Assembly (NCBI RefSeq): GCF_006345805.1 | Contig: NC_043006.1 | Location: forward strand, 80,724,001-80,788,000 | From: Octopus sinensis | Lineage: Eukaryota | DNA length: 64,000 nucleotides | Direction of reading: 5' to 3' | Shown here: positions 53,228 to 64,000 of the stretch, one piece after another | Numbering within the stretch: position 1 is the first letter of the stretch | Layout: each line of letters begins with the position of its first letter | Notes under the pieces: generated by a model | Databases searched by the model: none | What the model saw: the letters and a program-made list of their open reading frames with translations, nothing else | What the model was told of the DNA's origin: nothing | Program-made: the position numbers and the translations under genes

Positions 53228-54451
53228 TTCATTATGTCAATAAATGTTATAATACTATTATGGTTTTCTGTTAAATATATATTCAATGTATGCTCGATAT
53301 GTATCATTACCCTTCATTTTCTGGACAAAAATGTCTAGATTGGTTATTTTCGTTGAAAAGCTATTAGCGTGGTTCACCCAAAAACTGAAGAATCTGAAAT
53401 ATAAAAGAAAGACGTTACACAGAATAATGGTAACATAACAATGGTGTTGCTATAGTGTGCAAACCAGCTGGGAAAAGTTTTATTAAAATCGATTCAGAGA
53501 AAACGCAGAAATCCTAAATTCCACTCCTAAGCTATTAGCATGGTTCTAAAAGATTAAAGATGATACATCTCCCGATTACATAACTATATTATAGATTTAA
53601 ATATGTTCGTATTAACTTCGATACTTTTATTTAATATATGTGTATAACAATGTGTAAATGGTTTTTTCTGGTCTGTTTAGCTTTAATATTAATTTAAATT
53701 ATACCTTCCAGCATTTGCATACATCAATAATAATACGTTGTATTACAATACAATATAATATAATATAATATTTAATTATATCACGAAAATTTCTGGCTGA
53801 TAACCATACCCATGTTGATCCAAAGGGTAGTATTTTCTCATATATACTATTTCCTTGTAACTAATTTATTTCCTTAGAATATTTAAGTAACATAAACAGA
53901 TGGTATGAGATACCTTACACGAAAGAAATACAGTGGTATGTTATCATACTAACATCCAATATGATTGAATTTCTTCTATTGTAAAATATTACACTAAGAC
54001 TTTTTACTCCCCCTTTTATCATAACATCTATCTCGCCTAACATATCTCTCCCGTTTAAACTGTACCCCATATTCCTCCTTACCCAATAAACAAAGGAGCA
54101 AAACTAATTTTCATCTTACTATAGATCAGCTATGATTAAAGTGCCTCCAGTTTACACCGTTGCAATTATTTTCACTTTCCCTTTAAAGCTAATCCAATTC
54201 TGATCATGTCACCTTGTTTTTTCGTTGGCTGAGATTGTATACTGTATAACTATCTACAAGCCAACAATGCTTATTTAGACATAAATAGTTATTCTTGGTA
54301 ATGGGCCAGACGACTATAACAAGTTCAGAGAGAAATGTTTCTGCCCACAGAGAGAGAAAAAGACTTGGAGTATAATCATTTGATTACATGTTTCCAGTGA
54401 GTCCAAATTAGATGCTTAGTTGTACCTAGTATCTAAATTATTCCCAACCAA

Positions 54452-54542
<91 letters not shown>

Positions 54543-54573
54543 TCTAATAATAATAATAATAATATATAATAAA

Positions 54574-54620
<47 letters not shown>

Positions 54621-54621
<1 letters not shown>

Positions 54622-55042
54622 GACCAACAGACCAGATATAGTTGTCAGAGACCATGAAGAAAAAAAATGCTTTCTAATTGATGTATCAATACCGGCTGAT
54701 GACAACGTGTCTCTAAAAGAAATGGAGAAACTCTCAAAATACAAAGACCTGGAAATAGAGGTAACTAGAATGTGGAATCTGAAAACAGAAACAATTCCTA
54801 TCATAGTAGGTGCATTAGGCATGATAAAAAAATATTCAGACAAATACATAACAAAAACACCAGGACTTACAACATCATATAACATACAGAAAATTGCACT
54901 ACTAGGCACTGCACACATCCTACGCAGAACACTTTCCATACAATAACCATCAGAGCATCACAACAAATCACAGCACATATCCAAGGCACACAGAGCTGCG
55001 CTCGGTAGTGAAGTGAAAGCACGCTATAAAATAAAACTACTG
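54621..55042 (+). mobile_element. 5'-truncated R4/Dong-clade LINE 3' end within (TAA)n
   Basis: NRPDIVV...CFLIDVSIP...KLSKYKDL...LLGTAHILRRTLSIQ*; (AAT)n on both sides. Confidence 0.9.
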
Positions 55043-55055
55043 AATAATAATATAA

Positions 55056-55090
<35 letters not shown>

Positions 55091-55120
55091 TAATAATAAT
55101 AATATAATATAATAATAATA

Positions 55121-55177
<57 letters not shown>

Positions 55178-55620
55178 ATAATAATATAATAATAATAATA
55201 ATGATAATAATAATAATAAGAGAAGGCGGCTGGACGTGACAGACGATGGACGTATTTTTTCGATGCTCTGAACTGGCAACAGCTAACCCAGCAGGACAAC
55301 TGAAAAAAACAACTGTAGAAAACTGGAAGATCTACTGTTTTCTGTGAGTAATTTGAATTTCCCTCAAAATAAGTTAAGGAACTTACATATCTACAGCTCA
55401 TACAAACGTACACCTAACAAGAAAAATTAGAAACATAAATATCTCCAATTTTGTGTGAACATTTAGTCGTCTCTCATGACTATAAGAATGTGTAAAATTG
55501 TCTTTTAAATTGCCTTTTATTGTAACAACACAATTAAATGCACGATAAAAAATGATGGAAGTAAGCACCTGCTAATATATACATACAACTGAATTCAGAA
55601 ATTAAAAAAATATATACATA

Positions 55621-57962
55621 ACATGAACTGCTAACAGAACTGTATAATGATGTCCTGCAACACCCTAGTATGATGCCTCCTTGGCTAGTTAATGGGTTAA
55701 CATTCCTGCTTCCAAAAAGTGAAGAAACAAATGAACCAAAAAACTATAGACACATAACCTGCTTAACAACTATGTATAAAACGCTAACATCTGTCCTGAC
55801 GGAATATACTTATAGTTTTTTAACAGACAGCAGCATATTTCCTAAGGAACAGAAAGGATGTAAACGTGGATCCTACGGCTGTAAAGATCAACTACTCATC
55901 AATAAGATGATCTTAGAAGATTGTCACAAACGACACAAAAACTTATCAATAGCCTGGATAGACTATAAAAAGGCTTTTGATAGCCTACCACATAGCTGGA
56001 TTAAGAAATGCCTGGTAATGTATAAGATAGCACCTACTCTGCGAAACTTTTTCACTGTAAGTATGAGATCATGGAGAACCACACTAACTCTGAACAGTGA
56101 CAATGAATCCCTAAATGCTGGTGATGTAAAAATTTCGTGTGGCATTTTCCAGGGTGACTCACTGTCACCACTCCTCTTTTGTTTAGCCTTAATACCTCTC
56201 TCAAAACTGTTCAATGACGCGCAGTACGGGTATAAAATGTTTGATAAAAATATAAATCATCTCATTTACATGGATGATTTAAAGCTTTTTGCAAAAAATG
56301 ACCAACAACTCAAGGGCCTACTAGCGATAGTCAAACATTTCAGTGACGATATCAGAATGCAATTCGGCCTCGATAAATGTGCAAAAGCTACCTTTATCAA
56401 AGGAAAAATGACAGAGACATCTAACGTTAACCTTGACCAGCAGAATGTCATAAAAGGACTAGACCCAGCGGAGAGCTACAAGTACCTAGGGGTAATTGAA
56501 GGGAGCGGAATAAGGCATTCAGAGATGAAGGAAAGGATCAGGAGAGAACGTTATCGAAGAGTGAGAGCAATACTCAAGACAGAGCTGAATGCAAGAAACA
56601 GGATCGAAGCGATCAATGCATTAGCCATACGAGTCGTGACTTGCAGTTTCAATATCGTTAACTGGTCAATTACTGAAATATGTCAGCTCGACAGAAAAAT
56701 AAGAAAACTGTTGACAATGCATAGAATGCACCACCCTAAGGCAGATACAGAACAACTTTATCTGCCAAGAAAAGAGGGAGGCCGTGGTCTTTTACAACTG
56801 GCAATAACAATGATGATTGCTACAATTGGCCTAGACACCTACCTGAAAAAGTCTGAGGACTGGATGTTAAAACTTGCCTCAAAACATGAAAACAAGAAAG
56901 CATCATACTCAGTAACAAAACAGGCAAAGGAATATCTAAGTAAATTCCGAATACAACAAATTTCGGAATTAGAGATAGACATACAAGAAACAAGCACAGA
57001 AAAGGCTAGGCGCATGAAAACCCGTGCCAAAACTGCGGTCTTAGATATTCTGAATAATAAATGGCAAGAAAAACCAAAGAGAGCGAATAATGCAGATATT
57101 GACAAAGCCCTGACTTAAAATCTCTGGCTTAAAATCTGAAACAGAAGGGTTTATCATAGCAGCTCAAGATCTACCAGGCCAACATATTAAAGAACGGCAA
57201 TAGCCCAACATGTCGTGTATGCCGACAACAAAATGAAACCATTGATCATGTCTCCAAATGCAGTCTCCTAGCGCCTGCAGAGTACCTCAACAGGTATGAT
57301 AGAGCTGCACAATATATTCACTGGGTAATTTGCAAAAACCTGGATTTTCCCCATGAAAAAAACTGGTGGGAACATAATCCACCTCCAGTGCTTGAAAATG
57401 ACCACATCTCACTCCTCTGGAACTTCACCATTCAAACTGACAGAAAGATAGATGCAAATAGGCCAGACATCATATTGAAAGACTTCAGACAAAGAACATG
57501 CCTCCTCATTGATATGACTGTCCCAATCGATATAAACGTATCTGTCAAGACCTACCAAAAACTGAGCAAATATAAAGATCTTGAAATAGAAATCAGCAAA
57601 ATGTGGAACCTGAAGACTAAAATAATACCTGTTGTCATAAGTGCCCTGGGAATGATAGCGAAAGGGGCTGATTGCTACGTAACTCAGATACCAGGAAACC
57701 CTAAAATGGCAGACATTCAAAAGATAGTGCTCATGGGAACTGCTCATATCCTACGCAAAATACTCTCTATGTAATCCCACGGTTTAAAACAAACTTTTCA
57801 AAATTTATGTATTAGACATTCACTAGTACAACACCAAAAAACCCCAAAGATATGACACACTAGGCATAACAACAACGTGAACTTCCAACCTGTTGTCTCT
57901 TGAGGTCTCTGGGTGAGACTTGGAGCCAACTTGTACAGACATAAAGCAAAAGTCAAACATAG
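55621..57962 (+). mobile_element. R4/Dong-clade LINE (RT + CCHC + RLE), 5'-truncated with small deletions
   Basis: ORF 55670-57118 contains IAWIDYKKAFDS, GIFQGDSLSP and YMDDLK, followed by CRVC...DH and RPDII...LIDMTVP. The 3' UTR ends in (AAT)n. Confidence 0.95.
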
Positions 57963-59420
57963 AATAATAATAATAATAATAATAACAACAATAGCAATAA
58001 AGAAACGAATAGTAGTTCAATTAAGATGATTGTTTATTGTTTAAAAGTAAATGTGTGCGTGAGAGGAAGAGAGAGACGAGCGACAGAGAGGGTAAGTTTG
58101 AGAGGGAGTGTATCTTGTTCAATGAAACAGCAAATTTATTTATATAGTGTTTTTTGATTTGAGCTACGAGAGAAGACTTTAAATTAGAAGTGAGAAATAC
58201 CTACCGAAAACAAAGACTAAAGGTCAAAACAAACAACCAACATAACAGACAATATACACACACAACAACAACAAAATATATATTAAAAAATCATACTTAA
58301 AAGCAAACAAATAATTATTGTTCAAGTCAAGGCTACGCATGGCCAATCAGGAAATCAGAAAACAAATATTGGGTTATGAAATATTCGCTAATTACTTAGC
58401 AAACACACATACAATTACTGGTGGGGGTGTGTATGTATGTATATACTATTTTTCTGTGTCGTACCCAATAAGAAATTGACTTGTATTTAAAATTTCATAA
58501 TAGTATAATAAGGTATTAATTAAATAGATTTGGAAAGAGACAGAACGGTGCGGGGTAGAGAGAGTGAAATAACAAGTAGAAGGAAAAGTAAAAAAAAAAT
58601 GTAGATGAGACGAGAATAAAAAAGCTATCTATTTAGTATACAACATTCAATGATTTTTATCTTGCACTAACAAAGTCTCATTTAAAACATTGTCATTAGA
58701 ATACTTGTTCTAAACGAGCAGTTATTCAAAAAAGAAAAACGATTTTTCTTAAGTGACGACAGAAATACAAAGACTACTGTCTATATGTCGTGTAAAGACA
58801 TACAGTAGAAGTGTCCCAGATTCGTTATTATGATTGTGAAGTTAAAAATATCTCTTTTCTCTTATGTGATTCTTGGTGCGATCGTACTCAATGGAAATAC
58901 TGGGGAAGAGTTTTTTCTACTACCGACTCGGCTCTAGCAAGGCGTTGGAGACAACAATCCGAGACAGAAAAGTGTGGGAATCTGTGAGTTGGAGTTCACT
59001 ACGCCTTGTGAGAATAGGAATAAAACACCACTCGGTCTAACACCATCATAAAAAGTGATATCGCAAATCAATTTTCAATCATTTCGTTAACTTCAAATTC
59101 GACATGGCCACAAGGTTATTGACACATATGTAGATATAATGTATACCTCATCCACGTTTTAATGTGCCGCATACATATGTTGCTCTGCACAAGCAGATGC
59201 TTTAAGATACATTAGTCTCTAGCCGTAGTCTTCATTCACAAATTGACAATAATTAAGCTAATGTAATATTAGGAACACAATTAGTTCTAGATGTGCACAT
59301 AGAGGATCATGACAGCTTAACGAAAATAATTTGATCACTCCACCCCCTCTCTCTGTATGTATGTATGTATGTATGTATGTATGTATGTATGTATCTATCT
59401 ATCTATCTATATATATATAT

Positions 59421-59758
59421 AAGGTAAAGGTAAAGACCCCCTTCGGTCATGAATGACCATGGGATTGCACCTAGAAAGTTACCTTCCTAGATACAAGTCC
59501 GGGCAAGGTTGTTTATGGAAGGCCAGCAGTCGCCCATGCATACCAGCCTCCCCTCTCCACGCCACCAGTGTTATCCAAGGGAAAGACAAAGGTCGATACA
59601 GCTTGGCACCAGTGACGTCGCAACTCATTTCTACAGCTGAGTGAACTGGAGCAACGTAAAATAAAGTGCCTTGCTCGAGAACACAACACGCAGCCCGGTC
59701 CGGGATTCGAGCTCACAACCTCACGATCGTAAGCTCGACGCTCTAACCACTGAGCCAT
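59421..59758 (-). mobile_element. SINE family C, full length
   Basis: Near-identical to 51518-51837. Confidence 0.9.
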
Positions 59759-59862
59759 ATAAGCACGTAAATGCAAAGAAAGGTGGGAGAATGGGAGAAA
59801 TAGTACTCAAATGTCGAGTACTATTAAAACTGCAAAAAGCATCACAAAAGCTGCTACTTAGA

Positions 59863-59939
59863 GTTTCACGTTCCCGTTCGTAGGACAGTAGCAATCAAAA
59901 ATCTTGATCATAACTGTCCGACGAACAGGAACATGAAAT
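59863..59939. repeat. Small inverted-repeat (hairpin/MITE-like) element; relative at 20484-20523
   Basis: GTTTCACGTTCCCGTTCGTAGGACAG, a 25-nt spacer, then CTGTCCGACGAACAGGAACATGAAAT. Confidence 0.6.
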
Positions 59940-60099
59940 TGTGAGTAGCAGTTCTTCTGATGTTTTTGTAGAGTTCAGAAAAAAGTATTTATATATATAT
60001 ATATATATATAATATATATATATATTATATATATATATATATATATATTATGTATACATATATATTTATCTATATTTCTTTACTACCCACAAGACAATG

Positions 60100-60760
60100 A
60101 GTGTCTGAAATCTCGTCCAGAGAGAAAATCCGTGCTTGTTGCAAAATAGTTACAGCGATATGATATGGATGTTGTAGCGTCAGTCGAAACAAGAATTCAT
60201 GGAAAGGGGAATTTTGTAGAGAAATCTGCTGGGTAACATTTATTTTGGAGCAGTAGAGAGGAGACTTATAAGAAAGAATCAAGAGTGGGATTTGCAATCA
60301 AAATCGCTCTGGTTTCAAAACTTGAGAAACTACCCTGTGGTCATTCTGTCCGTTTGATGTCTTTAAGAAAAGGTCGCTATTCAACACTCTTAAGTGCACA
60401 TGCTCCAATTATGAATTCATCAGAGGAGGATAAACTTGCCTTCTATCTATACCTTACGGAGATTATACGCAGTATCCCCCATGATGACAAAGTTGTCATT
60501 TTAGGCGATTTTAATGCTCGTGTTGGTGCAGAATCGCTGATTTGGAGTGTCTTAGGAAAGCATGTGGTTGGGAGTTCCAACCGTAATGGTTTACTACTGT
60601 TACAAATATAAAACACAATATACAATACACACATGAAGTCTTTTTTGAAGGGGAAGCACATTTTGGCGCCAGATGTAACCTACGGACTTCTTCGGACGAG
60701 GTCTTCATAGCTGCATAAAAAGATAGAAGTGTGTCACGACTGATGTAGACAAGGTCCATG
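60100..60760 (+). mobile_element. RTE-clade LINE AP-endonuclease fragment
   Basis: RPERKSVLVAK.LQRYDMDVV..ETR, GFAIK...LLSAHAP...VVILGDFNARVG...GKHVVGSSNRNGLLLL. Confidence 0.85.
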
Positions 60761-60834
60761 TAGACAATAACTATGTTAAGCCTCGTTTATGCCAGCCCTT
60801 TGTTAGTGGTTCAGGAGAAATCTCTAATGAACAC

Positions 60835-60991
60835 CCTTTGTATATATATATATATTATATATATATATATATACTATATATATATATATATATATAATAC
60901 ATATATATATATACTATATATATATACATATATATATATAATATATATATATATAACATATATATATATACATACATATATATATATATAC

Positions 60992-61034
<43 letters not shown>

Positions 61035-61152
61035 CTATATATATAATTATATATATATATATATATATATATAATTATATATATATAATTATATATATAT
61101 ATATATATATAGACAGACAGAGAGAGAGAGAGTGAGAGAGAGAGAGAGAGAC
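60835..61152. repeat. (TA)n-rich then (GA)n microsatellite
   Basis: Direct reading. Confidence 0.95.
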
Positions 61153-62340
61153 TGGCGTAATATAAAACTAACCATGAGAATTTTTATTTTTTTCAGTTTT
61201 TTTAAATAACTGTTAGGTATTACTTTTATTTAATATGATTAATTATAAGGTAATTTTCTTGGAAAAATTAGTATTGATTTCAGCATTGTGTCTTATGAAC
61301 AAGATATTTGATAAAGCGAAACTATAATTATTGCCATATCTCTTGATGTTATCCATGATGCCAAAAGAATTCTTCCAAAGTCATTCGTCATAGGACAAAT
61401 AACACATTAGTATATTGATAAATCATATAATGGGATACAAATGGCCCAGAATACGCTATAGGCTTCTGACTAGAAAGGGTTGAAGTACGGTGCTTAAGAG
61501 TGGTTTGAGCCACTTCCCCTACACTGTTAATTGTGTACACGAAAGACACGAAAGAACCACCATCACTTCGGATTCTTCTTCCACATCCCTCAGCCTACGT
61601 AGAAAGATCTTTCTGGTGCTTAATCAAAAGAGACCAATATGTTGTTTTATGACTTTTTTATCGTTCGAAACTGATAAGAAATCAATAACAGCAAAAATAA
61701 CAAATAACTCAATAATAATCATAGATAAAAGTAAGAGTCAGTAGTAGAACGAAGCGGAATGTCTGCAGTAAAATTATTGCTAAACTTATAGCGCTGAAAT
61801 AGTTGTAGAGCTGAAGAAAGAACCAGAAATGTCTGTCCGAAAAACCAGTAAATCAATTAACATCTATAGCATTGGCTATATTTAGCTGATGCATCTTATA
61901 CAGTGGCGTTAAACTTGGCAAATTGCAGTAATATCAACCTAGTGGCAGTCCAATAAGTCTTCTTAATTAAACTTGGTCTGTGAGCTAGTGAGTTGAAAAT
62001 TCAATTGTAAATGTTAATATAAGTCTTCGCATATATCTTCATGAGAGGTCAGGTGTCTTGGAGCGAACAGCTTTGAAGGAGACACGAACCTAGTAACAAG
62101 GGCATTAGAATACTGATGGCATTCTCTACGTAACCATAGGGTTGCTAGAAATAGCGGCTAAATCTTCTTCTGGTTTCAAACTACACCTCAAAGAAAACAA
62201 AAGTATTAAGCAAGTATTAAACAAAACGTATTAAAAAGTATGACCCCACCTGATATAAACTTAAACGTGATGGTAATAGTTTGAATACCTTTGCTGATAG
62301 CTTTACTCGATCAGAATTAGATATGTATATATAAATATGC

Positions 62341-62371
<31 letters not shown>

Positions 62372-62435
62372 TCTATCTGTCGATCTGTCTATCTATCTAT
62401 CTATCTATCTGTCGATCTGTTTGTCTGTCTGTCCG

Positions 62436-62468
<33 letters not shown>

Positions 62469-62514
62469 ACACACGCACACACACACACACACATACATCC
62501 ATATATAGGCACAG

Positions 62515-62975
62515 GCATGGCTGTGTAGTCAGGAGATTGCTTACCCACCGCAGAGTTTCGGGTTCAGTCCTACGTTATGGTACATCAAACAGATGTCATC
62601 TTCTACAGTCTTGAACCGACCAAAATCTTTTGAGTGGATTTGGTAGACAAAAACTGAAAGAAGCCTTTCATGTATGTGTTGTATATATATGTATGCATAT
62701 ACATGCATGAATATATATATAGATATGTACACACACATGTATGCATGTGTGTGCGTGCGCATGAGTGCGTGTCCGTCTGTGTTTGTGTCTGTTCTCCGGT
62801 TTTGCTTTCTTTAAGTCCTCGTAACTCAGGAGTTCCACAAAGAGACAAGAGCCCAGTAGAATAAACCCCAGACATAAACAAAGTCTTGGGAGTAATTCAT
62901 TCGCCTGAAACTCTTGAAAGCGGGACCCCAGCATAACCGCAATCCAATGATTGAAGCAAGTAAAAGACACAAAAC
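62515..62975 (+). mobile_element. Diverged SINE family A-related copy
   Basis: aggcatggctgtgtagt...gggttcagtcc...gagtggatttggtagacaaaaactgaaagaagcc. Confidence 0.7.
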
Positions 62976-63540
62976 ACAATGCATATTGTTATTCTATGTG
63001 TGGATGCCTTGATAGACAGATATAGTTTCAGTAAGAAAGATAGGCAGATAGATGGACAGGTAATCGAAGATAAACAAAAACATCCAATGATAAGGCCTTG
63101 TTTGTCGTTGACATCAAGACAAAGTGGAAATATTGATTTCCACAAAGACACTCCAATTTCACAGAGATAATTATTCTAGTTTCCTAAAGTGGCTGTAATA
63201 AGACGCATCTGGTCTTGATAAGATCCATTGTCATCAATTCAATTTACTGCATCTTAATAGATTCTTGATATATCTATTCATAATTATAGGATGCTGGCAT
63301 ATCTCTATGGTTAACAAAGTTATCTTTTCAGCTACGTGTTCCTGGGTTCGTTCGCATCCTGCATCTGTGACTCCGTCTATAAACCTCGGTATGACAAATA
63401 TATTTTATTGAATGGAATTTCATACTCATTTCCTTATGGACCCAATTACGTCAGACTTTATGGTATATCATTTATATATATGCATATGTATACACACACG
63501 TACACACACACACATACACACACACATATATAATATAGGA

Positions 63541-64000
63541 GGCCCATTAGCAATTAAAATCTGAAGGCAAATTTACAAACAAGGGAACAAAAGAGTACCA
63601 GTATTGCTAGAAACAAGAGTAAAAAACGACTCAATTAGCCATAATTTGGAATGTCTTGTTGATGAAAGAGAAGAAGCGAGATATTCCTTACCGTAATGAG
63701 GCAAGCACCCACTTGAGGTAGCAGATTTACCCATACAACGTGATTTCGAACTGTGATACATTGCATCTTAGTTCCCGTCATTGGATCTTACTGCGCCAAG
63801 GGTTAAGCATAACTCGCCTCGTCAACTCATCAGAAAAACCGTTGAAAGCGTGCGCTATGTCAAAACAATTGAATTGTATACTATAAATAATTTAGGTGGA
63901 CCATTAGCAATTAAAACCTAAAGGCAAATTTATAAACAAAGGTAAAATATAGTACCAGCATTGCTGGAAACACGAGTCAGAATTGACTCAATTATTCACA
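63541..64000. repeat. Diverged direct repeat, period ~357 bp, truncated by the window edge
   Basis: ccattagcaattaaaa-c--aaggcaaattta-aaacaa...agtaccag-attgct-gaaaca-gagt occurs at about 63544 and 63901. Confidence 0.7.

Noticed and set aside
55670-57118. Intact functional RT gene
   Set aside because: It is 5'-truncated, has a premature stop at 57116 and small deletions before the CCHC/RLE region; called as a decayed LINE.
58820-59048. Solo LTR (TG...AATAAA...CA)
   Set aside because: No TSD, no second copy and no PBS/PPT seen.
63740-63870. Hammerhead in the terminal direct repeat
   Set aside because: CTGATGA and the best GAAA/stem III lie on opposite strands, with no stem I or II closure.

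Overview
This window is AT-rich, repeat-saturated animal genomic DNA. The SINE families recall Octopus/coleoid cephalopod genomes (inference from recognition, no search run). I cannot identify any host protein-coding gene, and most ORF-track entries are microsatellite or TE artefacts. Recognisable content: several tRNA-headed SINE families, two tandem Tx1 (L1-clade) LINEs, about six R4/Dong-like RLE-LINE fragments, RTE and CR1-group LINE relics, two Tc1/mariner relics, a piggyBac-type MITE and a Helitron-like element. The best finding is two unrelated ORF-less head-to-tail arrays (about 556-bp unit at 1755-4446; about 476-bp unit at 45209-47289), each flanked by (TA)n and carrying one type I hammerhead-ribozyme motif per unit. 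They look like retrozyme or Penelope-pLTR-type elements, and both have an unusual U.U at the base of stem II. Three to four further degenerate hammerheads are dispersed in the window. Other notable points: a SINE 3' tail that matches the Tx1 3' end, and an apparent partitioning of retroelement classes among microsatellite motifs (TA, TAA, TATC). Frequent 1-bp homopolymer indels may be long-read consensus errors, so frameshift calls are tentative.
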